A DNA stretch of 62,751 nucleotides, the filler included, from Sphacelaria rigidula (taxonomy: Eukaryota), in the NCBI GenBank assembly GCA_964200075.2. It is 6 parts of 6 records of this genome, joined end to end, with 100 filler letters (N's around TTAATTAATTAA, not from the genome) between each part and the next. Parts side by side here need not be neighbours in the genome. Positions count along the whole stretch, not along the records: positions 20,953 to 31,327 come from CAXNAA020006625.1; positions 31,428 to 41,802 come from CAXNAA020006626.1; 4 more parts are not named here. One strand, 5' to 3'. Below the pieces are notes generated by a model, which was not told where the DNA came from, searched no databases, and worked only from the letters and a program-made list of their open reading frames with translations. Below are positions 25,281-37,656 of the stretch, in pieces. The position numbers were made by a program, and so were the translations under genes. Each line of letters opens with the position of its first letter. Position 1 is the first letter of the stretch.

Positions 25281-25760
25281 GGAACTGACGGAGCATTCGT
25301 CTGGTGGCCTCATGCAAACACATTAGCATGCAGCTTCACTCATAGCCGCTCAATCGTTGTGGATCTGGGTTGATTATCACACTCATGAGTAGCTACATCG
25401 AAATTGGCAGGCGGGCACCAACAATAATTGTTGACGACCAATTGTTGCAGGCTTCATGTAGTCCTGTGATCCATCACTGCGGGTAATATCAATCAAATAA
25501 TGGTATGTTCAGCACTGCACCTGGAAACAACCACCCACGTATTCACAGCCGAAATTTAAGCTAGAAGTACATGGTTGGGTTTGATCTCTTAGAATCGAAA
25601 CAACACACACATCCTCATTTGTTTTACGCATTCATGGCTCATTTATACCCTTTACAGATATCCACCAAGGGCGCAAGCGATCAAACAGGGGGAACCACGT
25701 TGAGGTTACATCCATTTTCCATGACAATAAAGCATTCCGAGCATCAATGATTTGCCCCCC

Positions 25761-25841
25761 TGACCAGGGTAGCATGTATGCAGACAGTATGACAGGGCAG
25801 CAGGGTATGACCAGGGTAGCATGTATGCAGACAGTATGACA
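25761..25841. repeat. 34-bp direct repeat
   Basis: TGACCAGGGTAGCATGTATGCAGACAGTATGACA at 25761 and 25808. Confidence 0.8.
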
Positions 25842-28800
25842 CTACGATTACACAAACAGTTTTCGCGCATTAGCGGACGGCAGGAGGATCACCATGTCAT
25901 TCTATATCACTTGCATACACGGTCATGTATGAGATGCGGTTAGTAGGTAGCTTTCGTTCCAAAAAAGCATGCTCTATCCATCATGAATTTTAGCAGACAA
26001 CATCTCGGGAGTCCCTTTTCATCTCTTTCACATGCGAGAGCAGGTCATTAACTCACGTTTACTGGTTAAATACTGTGGCGAAAACTTTCACTCATGCAGC
26101 ACGATCACTACTACAATACATGTGTCCTTACAGTATATATACTCGAATTAACAGTACATGGCAGAGGTGATCTGGGCATCTTCCGCGGGCATAGTCTGAC
26201 ATTCGATGTTCGATGGTGATTCGCTACGGTTTGTCCCAAGAGTAAAAGCACATTACTCACGAACTGTTACCTATGAACTATTAGACTGAGTACACAGGGG
26301 GGGTTTAAGGAGGAGATAGTGCAGGCCGTATACAATCAGCACAGTCATTTTGTACAGCAATCCTGTAACAGCATCATGAATCATACCGTACAGCAACAGC
26401 AGCGTGAGTTGTCAACAAGTCTAACGTTACTCCATTTCGCGGCAAATGCCGATAGATTATACTTGAATTAGTAGGAGTTCAACTGATATTCAATGCCAAC
26501 CTCGTCTGTATACACCATCCCGTTTCTGGCGTGCGAACGTAATGCGAACTCCCATGTGGTGACTACAGTACGCACAAGCTTGATGGGTGAAGATGGCATA
26601 TTGTTGTGTTGCTCCTTTCAGCTGCATCACACAGCAGAAAGCACACAGCAGCTGTGGCATGGAAAGATTTAGCAAAGCAGTATAGAGAGTCATGCAATCC
26701 TAGCATCCACCGTGACTTTGCTCAATCAGGTCTACACAACTAGATTTGACCCTTATATTTTAACAGTATTCAATCCACTACCGTGCACACATCATCGCCG
26801 TTGATACTCAAAATTTGTATCGCTGCTTATCTTTCTCATTCGAGCCGCCGTCGGAGGCAGGAGTGGAAAATGCAGCTAGTAACATGACATGTTTGGTGTA
26901 CGCCGCTATCACAGAATTGATTCTTGTATCGAGTAAAGGCGGACGTGTAGTAAAGCTGTGTTGGTTAGGAACAACCACAGTATCGAACCGCGTGGCACAC
27001 CCGTGGACAAATAGCACCCTGTGGGGCGCGCTGTGCAGGGTTCGTACAAGGTCCTCCACAGTCTTTGTGAAAAAACCCTGACAGTGAAAATCCAAACCTG
27101 TACCCCTCGTAGCGTTTTGATAGGGTTTTCTCCAGGGTTGAATTTGCAGCCCTGTGTAGGCACGTCAGTGAAGCCCTGCACAGTCATGTGGTAGTGTTTT
27201 GGTAGAAAACCCTGACGTTTTATTTTTATTTTTATTCCAATTATTCTGATACAAAATCTGTAAACTTATATATTTTCAATAGCTTGTCCTCCTTTCCGAG
27301 GTAAAGTATTCCTCTTAACCCGATTTCAATCGGGCAAAAAGGAATTTATTTTGGACAGCAGAACAAGCTATTAAAAATAGATCCTTTTCTCGCCGAATTT
27401 ATTTCGGCAAAAAAAAGGATTTATTTCGAGCAGCAGAAGAAGCTGTTCAAAATCTATCCTTTTTTCGCCCATATTTCAAATAAGCGAAAAGCTGCTGCGC
27501 AAATTCCATGCACACTGGCAGATTTGGAATTTGAACAGCAGAAGAAGCTCGAAATAAATGTTCACTTTGCTCTCCACTTCATCAGGAGATTGGGGGAAAA
27601 GAGATTTATTGCGAGCAGCGTCAACTGCTGGGCAAATCCCGCATACTGCATCGTTACCAACGCATGGGATCCGACACGCAGAAAAAGATGCTGCAAGGTA
27701 TTCAGCCTTTTACCCCCCAGTCCATGTGTACATGGGCTAAAGAATGAATAGCTCTCAACAGCTTTCGCTGACTAGAGATCCCACACGTTGGATACGTGTG
27801 TATGTCCACACCTGTGCTTCATCTGAAACCCATGGGAAGGCGTGGCAAGATGCTGGATGATCGGGTATACCTCGCCCATGTATGCACATACTTCACAAAA
27901 AACCCGTATTACAGGGTCTACCAACACGAGCCATGTTTAGGAAATTTTACTTAATCAATTGTATATTAATAGTATATATAGACCATCACCCCAACATATC
28001 TATACTCCGTATATATCACCGCAAACAAATCGAACATCAATGGACACCTGCCCGTACAGCAGTATATTATTCCGCCCAGCTACACCACCACAACTCTGCA
28101 GCAAAGAGCACGGGTTGGGCACAGGGATATAGACACATACACACTGCCGTGCGGGTCGATATGATGTATTTCTCGTTGGTGGAAACTTGAGCACCTCCTT
28201 CCATGGTCGCGACATCGCGCGGCGACGACATACGCGGGGTGCGTATAGGCGGGTGCGAGGAACAATCAACCGGCCGCCTATATTATGCATATATGTGATG
28301 TGAAAGAGGTGAAGGCACCTTGTAGAGGTTGTAATGGTGTTCACCAAGATTGGTCCAGGTTCAGACCTCTGCGTACGTTGTTTGGTCACTCAGTTCAGCA
28401 GCGCAGGCTGACCACAGTCGTTTCACAAAGGAGACAACGAGCAAATAATACAGACCAGAATAGCACTTTTATCACGCAATTGATTGTATCCGAGCTTCAT
28501 CTACAGCTCAGTTATAGCACACAATTGCAACACAAACCGAAACAGGCCTAAGCTTTGATCAATAAAATACACCAGACAAAACAGCAGCCCGACTACTGCT
28601 CTTATCTTGGGACTCACTTTCTCGCGGTCTGTAGATACTCCAATGGGAAACTGGTGAATCACAGCCAAAAACCGGAAAGAGAAGAGAGAGTGAGCGTAGG
28701 GCTACTACTTTGAACGCGCTTCGCCGCCCCCTAAATCAACAAAGCTAAGGTCATACACAATCCCAAAATGCGTGCTCGTGAATTCATGCCATGGTTGGGT

Positions 28801-28966
28801 CACTACCTTTTCTCGAATTCAAATACATGCTCTCCGTAGAACGTCAACCTCAAGGGGCAGCGAATTCTCGGCTAATTGAGCATGAAAATATCCCATCATT
28901 CAATGTCACTTTTGCCCAAGATCATGGCTACGTCCTGCAGTCACATCATATCACACTAGCCTCCAA

Positions 28967-30162
28967 TGGGTAAAGCAACCGCAGGAGAATGCAGTGAAAC
29001 GAGGTTGCTTTACCCACACATTCCATTCCCCCACATCACAGAAAAAAATAAAAAATACCAAAACAAGATACTGTAATAAAAAGAAAATGTGAGACACGCT
29101 AAAGGGGGAGTACTGTGACGGGGACGTAGAGGGCGACACGATACATGGAAAAAGAAAAAGAAAAAGAAAAAGAAAAAACCCCGAAGGGTGTGAAAAACGC
29201 AAGAAACGACAACCTTCGGGAACATAGCGCCAGAAGCTACGAAATATCCGGGAATCTAGGACAAATCCGCCGTAAAAAGAAAACCAAAGCAGCAAAAAAA
29301 CAAAAACAAGCCGGTTGTCTGTCCGCTACAAAATCTTGATTCAAAGCTTGACTGCTATCATGCGAAAGGGAAATCACATCTCATTAGACGTCCAGTTCCG
29401 CTGTCAGAGTTTGGTAAGCAGCCCGCCAAGGCGTTTCACAGTACCGGGGAAGCACAAATGATCGTAAACTTCTTTCATCAGTAGAACGCGACGATGTTGA
29501 ATGCTCAAGCGGGAAAAGAAAATCGCTGAGCGAAAGACACCGGAAATCAAAATCAACATGCAGCCGTGAGGCAACATGATGCACCACCGTGACGATGAAG
29601 GGCGGCCCATCGAATTGAAAAGGTGCCCATATCGTCCCACGAAGCGTCAACGAATAACACACAACCGTAGGAGATAAATCCAAGGCGGGTAATCCACTGC
29701 GTTCGTGGTGAACCACGGTAAGTATACAGAAACAGGGGCCGGTGTGGTCCGCTCTTAGATACATGCCCGTTCAGAAGAGAAAATCGAGAGGGTGGGCATA
29801 CAAACGGGAGGATAAACTCCCGCCGAGCACATCAACGCGTTAATTCGCCAGCAATAACCCTACAACCAAACCGAACCACCGTACTGATTTCCGAAGCGGC
29901 GGACCGGATGTACGACCTCGAGACTGCGAAAAACAAAACGACTGTTTCTTTTTGTGTTGGCGGACTGTTGTAGCAACGGAACTGAACATAATCCAAGAGA
30001 AAAGAAACATCCCCGAACATGGGACTCCTGATACAGCGAGCAATTACACAGAATCCTACGACGGTACTCAAGGAGAGGGCTTGTTGGACGCACAAGACAT
30101 AACCCGGTCATCGAAAGCCGACGTGAGTCCAACGGTATTAAGCTGTAAAAAACAAACAACAC

Positions 30163-30206
<44 letters not shown>

Positions 30207-31327
30207 CAAAGAGGAGAGTAGGGGGGAAACGAATAACAGGGTACGCCGAAAGAACCAGCCCGTTAGGGAGGTTGATGGCGGACGTGGTTGGACAATCGCA
30301 CACACCGGGTATGTGCCCCGGGAAGGGGATGGTACGGGGCGTGTTGGAGAATACCAACGGGGTGCGTCGGCCGCCTTCGAATACAAAAGGAAAAACCAAA
30401 GACAAAAACAAGGAAAACAGGGGACCATGCAAGGTAGGAAGAAGGGGAAACAGGGCAGAACAAAAAAATAGAAAACAAGAAAAACAAGAGAAAAAAATAA
30501 AAAAGGAAAAAAAACACAAAAGCTGCATACAGGAACAGGCATCCGCGGCAACGGTTTACTACAGAACACCGACATACGCGGCTACTGGGTACTGCCGAGG
30601 GAAACGTGGGCTACCGGGCTACACGTTGTTCAGGTAAACGAGACGACGAGAGGGTAAGGGGAAGCAGAGAAAAACACAAAAAACAAAAAAACAACAACAA
30701 CAAAAACACGACGAGACCAGGGGGACTACGATGGGCGGTAGGGACAAACGCAGACAACCGATTCGCAACGGTACTTGAGGAAACGGCACCCACGACAAGA
30801 CAAGGAAAAATAACAAAAACAGGGGGGATTTCAAAGAACACGAATAAAATCAGAAGGAACGCAAATTCGCCATCAAGATTATTCCGTGTCCCACGCCGTG
30901 TCGGGGTTGCGCAAGACAGCTGTGTCGATGTCCCCTTTGTCGTGTCGTTGTAGGCACCAAGATCCTCGGCGAGCGGTCGGCATCTCGGTGTAGTAATCGT
31001 CGTTGAGACGGATCTTGAGAGGACCCGGGTCATCGAGGAAGCGGATGTAGTACGAATCGTCCGCCTCAGGGTCTATCAAATGAATCTTCCCCAGCCACCA
31101 CCGCGAATCCATAGCCCTGTACCAAAAATATGCACCTTTCGGCAAACGTTTCTTCGAAAAAGAGCGCAGGTATTGCGAACGAGAAATGAGACTATAGCCC
31201 GAAATGACAAAGCGTGCCGAGTGTTCTCGGGCCAGTTCACGAGCTGCTGCGCCTTTTCGCATAGACCGATATCGTTTGTTCAACGGGCGGTGTTGGACGA
31301 CATCTCCGACCCAATATAAAAGTATCT
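28967..31327 (-). mobile_element. 3' portion of a Ty3/Gypsy element (pol C-terminus, long T-rich 3' region, putative PPT)
   Basis: ORF 30879-31283 is homologous to the pol end at 56939-57400 (YRxMRxGAAAREL...LPKGxYxWxx..WWLG...YxxRFxDDPGP...SWCLQR). Purine tract GGGGGAATGGAA is followed by TG at 29020. (CA)n at 30160-30202. Confidence 0.75.
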
Positions 31328-31427
31328 NNNNNNNNNNNNNNNNNNNNNNNNNNNNNNNNNNNNNNNNNNNNTTAATTAATTAANNNNNNNNNNNNNNNNN
31401 NNNNNNNNNNNNNNNNNNNNNNNNNNN

Positions 31428-31613
31428 GAAAAAAAATAAAGGGAAGCACCGCAAAAGGAAGGTGGGTCATTAAAAACAAATAAAAAATAAAAAGCTCCTG
31501 TGTTGATCTTCCTCCTGTGTGACCCCGGCTGATGCGCCCACATACACCGAAAGGTGTAGACTGATGCCGAGAATAAATGGGGCGACAACACACACAGCAC
31601 AACACAATATACA
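31428..31613 (+). mobile_element. SINE 3' half, same family as 10808-11155
   Basis: AAGCACCGCA...CCTGTGTTGA.CTTCCTCCTGTGTGACCC.GGCTG.TGCGCCCACATA.ACCG.AAGGTGTAGA, followed by an ACA-rich tail. Confidence 0.75.
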
Positions 31614-31821
31614 AGTAATTTAGAGTACAAAATTGCTGGGGTCCCAAAGGTTACACTCCAGAGGTAAATTACGCCCGGGACAGCACTTTTCCCCCAAAGT
31701 TACCAACAGGCAATCATTTTAAAATTACTAAATAAGGGTGCTCATGTTTTTGTTCCTGGGGTTATATTGCTTGATATATCCATTAGAAACCTCAAATCAT
31801 GTCCACGTCAACAAGTCCATA

Positions 31822-32763
31822 CCCTGGACAATACAATATTTAATATATATTGCCCGCTCAACATATCGACGCGTCGGGTGGTCAATATATATTGGGCGAG
31901 CAATATGATGGTACGAGAGAGAGTCAATATATATTGTGCCATCAACATGTCAAGGCTCGCGACATGCAATATATATCGACCGAACAATATATCACGACAC
32001 GCGCCACCTCAGTATATATTGGCCGAGTAATATGTTGGTGCAAGGAGGCACTAATATATATTCGTCGAGTAATACACTAGCTGCCACACGAGGTCAATAT
32101 GTATTGATGATTCGATATACTCAACACCCTAAGCGCCAATATAATATGTTGCCGCCCCAATGTGTCGTGCGTCAATGCTTCCAGTATATATTGGGCGGAC
32201 AATACACGAGGGAACCGACGGTCACAATACATTCCGGCGTAGCAACATATTTTCATTTTCAACAAATATATCGGAAAGTGTATGGAATTAGTATGGTGAT
32301 TAGTTCTATGTTCGCGGGCGCCATTCAAAGATGTATCGCCACATGCTGAAAACGTTCAACATATTCCTCCAAAAGCGTGTTCAGTATATATTGGCTGAAC
32401 AATTGCTATGAGATGAGCGTGCGCAACACATATTGGGGAAACAATACGTTTACATGGTCTGCGTTCAATACATATTATGATTACAATATGCTACGCATCG
32501 CCTCGACTCAACATATATTGACAAATCAAAACATACACGTCCGGCATGCATAATATATGTTGAATTTTTTATTCCCGGAGCAAATGCATGTCCAATATGT
32601 ATTGTCATACATTACTTCATGATCATGACACGAGCAATATATGTTGTTGCTGTAATGTCTCCGAGGACATCTCAACACAATATATAGATTGAAAGGACAA
32701 TATTTGAGCTGGGTCCAATACCAAGTGTTGGTATCATATTGGAATATAGTGTATCGTCCAGGG
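31822..32763. mobile_element. TIR-bounded non-autonomous element made of a 42-43-bp repeat/variable-spacer array
   Basis: TIRs CCCTGGAC(A/G)ATACA flanked by TA on both sides. About 20 units of CAATATATATTG-N6-CAATAT-N18/19 (cores at 31841, 31883, 31925, 31967, 32010, 32052, 32095, 32137, 32182, 32225, then 32382, 32424, 32466, 32509, 32551, 32593, 32635, 32678). Confidence 0.85.
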
Positions 32764-33303
32764 TATAAGCAACACAGCCACGGTAACCGCAGGGGTACCA
32801 AAAGGCGCATATCGACCCGTGTTTTCTGTCATCGTGATGTTTAGCCAAGATATATCAACTACATGCTGGAAAGGGGATGTGCGGCCCAGCACCGGTGGCC
32901 AGATAGGTATAAGGAGGCATATATACCGGATCGCCTTTTCTATCACCATATTTTCTGACCAGTTTTTATATATATATATATATGTCAAACTAATATTACG
33001 TGCGAACGCTCCCGTGCAAGCGGGTCAATTAGACCTACTCTCAAAACAGTACACTTCACAAAACCCTTCAGCTCTACTTCACCCTGTGACATTTTTCATT
33101 TTTGAAAGCTCGATGAAACGGTACAATGTTTTTCCATCACCGGTCACCTTGGACGAGGGCGAGATTCGACCTTCGACCTAACCTCTCAGTGCGAGAAAGT
33201 TTGCGAGTGATAGGCAATAAGCGGAACCCCGATTGTGGATCTGACACTCTATTTCTGAAACAAAAATTTGATTGTGAAAAACGGAAACATGCATACACGA
33301 ATA

Positions 33304-33895
33304 CTTCCTCTGTCCCATAAGTCTGTGCCGTTATGTTTGTATGAGCCCTTAACGATGTCCGATTTGATTTTCGACTCTTTGGTTGCATTCGTTGGCGTTT
33401 TTTGAGCTGAAAACAATACTCTTTCTGCAACGTGGGTGCTTGACCCGTGCAGCCTCGCGACCGAGAAAAAATGGGTCGGTCAAAATATGGCTATTTTTCG
33501 CTTATTTTTCCAGTAGAGCATAACAGGTCCAGGAATCGCGAAAATCGTCAAAAAAATGTGAAAACCGCAAAACCACCACTGATTTGGATATCTCCGCGAC
33601 GTGAAACTACGAACGCCCCATCTAACAAGTTTTCAGCATGTAATCGCTAGTACTCGACGTAAAAACATTCAAAATCGGTCAACATTGAGGTGTAAGTGAA
33701 CCAAAAAGGGCCAGAATGGGGTATATTTCGACCTAATTTTAGTATCGAAAACAACTTTTTTTTCTCTTCTTTTCTTGAGTCAGCTTCGTCTGCGCGTCAT
33801 CTCTCTAACGAACCCAACTCTAGGATGATCGTCAGCGTTGAAATACCCAAACGATCAAGCGTCCAGAACGGCACAGACTTATGGGACAGAGGAAG
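33304..33895. mobile_element. Stowaway-like (Tc1/mariner-derived) MITE, complete
   Basis: Perfect 29-bp TIRs CTTCCTCTGTCCCATAAGTCTGTGCCGTT, TA target duplication, 592 bp, non-coding. Confidence 0.92.
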
Positions 33896-33989
33896 TATAC
33901 AGGAGACATCACATTGGTGTGAATGACCCAACCTGTGAGTGTTTCAAAGTTTGCGCGTACCCGCTTTCCGTTGCGGTCAACTCCCACGA

Positions 33990-34585
33990 CCTTCTGCTGC
34001 GTCTTGCTTTCAGTCTTTATTATCTGCCATCGTTAGCGAGAAGAGTACATGGTCAGCAGTAATGTCTGTGTTTTTGCTCCTTCATAATAGATATACATAC
34101 ATGGAAAGCGACACCGCTTGTAAGCGATACCGGTTATTCCGCGAAGGTGTTTTAGTTCGCCTTCACTTTTCCGTCTTGACTTTGTGTATTTGTTGTCAAG
34201 ATGTAATTTTTTACGATGAACATATTCCTCTCACGCTTTGCCCAACAGTGTAGGGCGAAAATGTCATGGGTACACAAAAATCGACTTCACGGTTGACGAC
34301 GGAAAGGGACTGCTGAACCCTTCGCGCGATAAAAAATACAGGCAAGCACCACAACCTTCTGCTGTGTCTTTCTTCCAGTCTTCATTATTTGCCATCGTTA
34401 GCAAGAAGAGTTCATGTTCAGCAGTAATGTCTGTGTTTTTGCTCCTTCGTAATAGATATACATACATAGAAAGCGATACCGGTTGTCCCCTCACACGATA
34501 TTCAACGGTCGAGGATGAAAATATCGTGGGTACACAAAAATCGACTTCACGGTCGACATGGGAAGAGGGCTGCTGAACCCTTCGT
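33990..34585 (+). repeat. Tandem duplication of a composite unit containing SINE-body fragments
   Basis: CCTTCTGCTG.GTCTT...AATAGATATACATACAT at ~33990 and ~34355, each followed by GGGTACACAAAAATCGACTTCAC (~34268, ~34528). Confidence 0.75.
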
Positions 34586-35205
34586 ATTTGTTATAAATTT
34601 AGTTTCGTTTTTAAAATCCCGAGGATCAAGGTTCGGTGAATTCAGCAGTCAATTTCCCGCCATTTGGTGCCCTGTTTGTTGTTGCCTGTTTACAGAATCG
34701 CACCACACTATTTTCGTCGGCGTTTCTGTGTTCTTTAGACTCGATTTGCTCGGGTTCGGGGGTCGTTCAATTGTACAGGCGTTTTCCTGCGGTGCGGTGA
34801 ATTTTCAGGCCGAATTTTATTGTATTTGTCCTGGGGTTCGGGGTTCGGTGAATTTAACGGCCAGTTTGCCGCATGTTTTCGGTCTCTTTTCGCCTGACCT
34901 TCTATGGGTTCGGTGAATTTTAGAACAGTTGTTCCAACGTCTTTTTTTAGTCACAGTCTTCTGTTTGACAAGGTAAAATATGGCGCGAACGAAAGGGTCG
35001 AACATTGCGCGTATCCGTTCGTAAAGGTACAAAATCCTTCCACTCTTCTACTACTCTAATATAAATGAGTTTCTTTACCAATACACGTATCATCTCTTCA
35101 GCTCCATCTCTTGGTAGGAGTCATAACCTTCACCGTCTATCTTCCATTTTTCCACGCCTCTCATGGAGGACAGGACCGCCGATAGGCGGCCCCGTCCGAT
35201 CCTTG

Positions 35206-35236
<31 letters not shown>

Positions 35237-35374
35237 CGAACGCATCCGACAACTCTCCGTAGTAATGCACGCGAACGTTCTGCAGCCCCCTTTGAAGCTT
35301 TTCCCATTCTGCACGGGCTCCGCCATCCATCGCGCCTGAATATTTCCCAACGCGTACACCATACTTATAATACC

Positions 35375-35687
35375 CAATATATGTTGACCGGCCAACATGT
35401 TCTCACCAATGCGACCCTAATATATATTGGTCGTGCAATATGCTGTCGCCCACGCTGCCCCAACGTATATTGATGCGACAATATGCGTTCAACCCCACAA
35501 GACCAATATATATTGGGCGAGCAATATGTATGCAGTGCCATGACATCAATATATATTGGGCGCGCAATACGTGTGCAGTTCAAGGATACCAATATATATA
35601 TATATATATATTTTACGCCGGCCACATATCGCAAAATTCCAACATGATCGACTGATATGTATTGAAAACGTATTGTATTGTCCAGGG
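35375..35687. mobile_element. Second, partial copy of the 43-bp repeat/spacer element
   Basis: Cores at 35375, 35418, 35461, 35504, 35547 and 35590. Ends in TATTGTATTGTCCAGGG, the same TIR as 31822-32763. Confidence 0.8.
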
Positions 35688-36219
35688 TGTGAAGAAGTCA
35701 TAGGTAGATCCATGCGCAGTGCGTTCTTGTCCCGACCACTTCAGTTCGAGTGTCTATGATTCACACACGCGGTCATCCGGCTACCGTCGAAGATCCTCTA
35801 GGGGTTTTCCAAACGCCAACCTCAGTTCCGTCCGTTTTGAAATCCCCACTAGGGGATCTTGGGTATTCACAATCCTCGAGATGATTTTCACAGACACTCG
35901 TGCTGTGGGAATCCGGACTTTGAACAGCCTCTGCTATTCGAAATAATTTCCTTCTGTTTCTTTGTGTCGCGTCTGTATGAATTGTTCATATTTCTTTTTT
36001 TTTACTCTTTTACCTGATGAGTAGTTTGGGGATGCCACTACACTTCTTATGATATAGGATACCATAGTTTGCAGCTGGAAGGGGGAATTCTCGTAATTTT
36101 TTCGTGGTCGGCGATTTTCAATAGTGTTTTCCCGTGCCACCGCTCATCCCGGTGAACGTTTGATACCAAAGTTTAGGGATCCAGATATACTAGGTATCCA
36201 CTCCACATTCCGAAATAGA

Positions 36220-37445
36220 ATCATATCTGCACTTGATTTTTGAGTACACGTTTTGCCTGATATCTGTTCGCTCGCATTTCGCTGGACATTAGGCTGCTTT
36301 CTGTTTCTGCTTGGGTGTAGACTACGTTTGTTTTCTGCACTGTGCCCTGTATGGCCTTAGGGCTGCGTTTCACATGGCATTAGAGCTTGCGTTGTCATGC
36401 ATTTCCTGTCTTCACGCCTCTGTGGACTCTTCGACCGTCAGGCGTACCGCCATCCATTTCGACCGCTTATGGGTGGAATCGGCATCATTTTCACTTCAAA
36501 ACATAGAATCGTCATCAGACTTATTTGACAACGAGAAGGCACGGAGGCAATCATGACACGGCTCTACATCGAACATCTCGAGCGTGCTTTGGTGTGTGAG
36601 TGTGCTTGATTTTAGAATGCAATTTTTCGCTGATACCTCTTCGCTTGCATTTCGCTGGACATGAGAATGCGTTCTGCGTGTGCTTGGGTCTGGAGTACAA
36701 TTGCCTTCCACACTGTGTTCTGCATGGCGTCAGGGCGTTATGACGTGGCGATGCGTTCCGTTTGATGCATTTCTTCCCTCGACGTCTCGGGCCCTTCCAA
36801 GAGTTGAATCAGTATCATTTTTCGAATCGTTTCACGTTGGATTCTGAAGAGATTGGTGCGAGGTCGATAAACAAGGTACTCAGTCGATCAGTAGCTACGG
36901 CGTTGTGTTCGAAGTATGAACTGTGCCACCACGCAACGCACGCAATTACTACTGGTTCGTGCGCGTCTTCCGCGAAGCATCGTCTCTCAGTGAATGCTGA
37001 TCAGAATAATGCAAGGTCACGCGCAGCTCAGGTGATGAGCAGCTATGGCTCAAGCTGTGTGTGTTTTGTTTTTGCGGTGTCAATGCGTTCTCTAGATTAA
37101 CCTGTGATGGATGGTCATTCGTGGAATCGGCCTCACTTTTACGCAACGCACACAGCTATGACTGGTGCTCACGTATCTTGGCTGTCGATCCACTGATCGT
37201 GGCGGCGAAGCCACCGAAAATCTTGCATACATTATATATACATGTATTATATACGTGCTGTTGCTCACCGAGCCCTAACGCCATGTAGAACACAGCCCTA
37301 AGGTCATGAAGGACACAGTGCAGGAAGCAAATGTACTCTAAACCCGAGCAGGAACAGAACGAACCCTGACCTTCAGCGAAGCGCAAGCGAATAGGTATCA
37401 GCGAAGACGTGTACTCGAGAACCCAGGAAAGACGAATTATATGTA
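36220..37445. repeat. Foldback-like element with degenerate long inverted repeats
   Basis: 36240-36390 is inverted at ~37270-37420; a further direct copy lies at ~36605-36750. Confidence 0.65.
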
Positions 37446-37656
37446 CTCTATAATCAAGTAAAGAAGTGCAACAAAATGACGCCTGTCTGCAGGGAGAGGG
37501 TCTCAGAACACCCATACCTGCTACATGTTCTATTATATACATGCTGTAGCTCGGAATCGCGATGAAGTAAATATCATCACATTGCGATTCAACAAAATTC
37601 TCCTCACGAGTGTACCTATCCGCGTTCGCATTGACGTACTCTCCGTTCATCCGCAG

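Noticed and set aside
26777-27196. CACTA element (CACTACC ... GGTAGTG)
   Set aside because: Only a 7-bp terminal match, and the flanks (ATC/TTT) show no target duplication.
29860-30834. Phe/Cys/Val-rich or Lys-rich ORFs resembling membrane or env proteins (also 51097-51908)
   Set aside because: They arise from T-rich retroelement UTR composition and (CA)n repeats, with no recognisable motifs.
31822-32763. Calling the 42-bp array a true CRISPR
   Set aside because: Eukaryotic context, degenerate repeats, short spacers, TIR and TA boundaries, and no leader or cas genes. Reported as a mobile element and as a finding instead.
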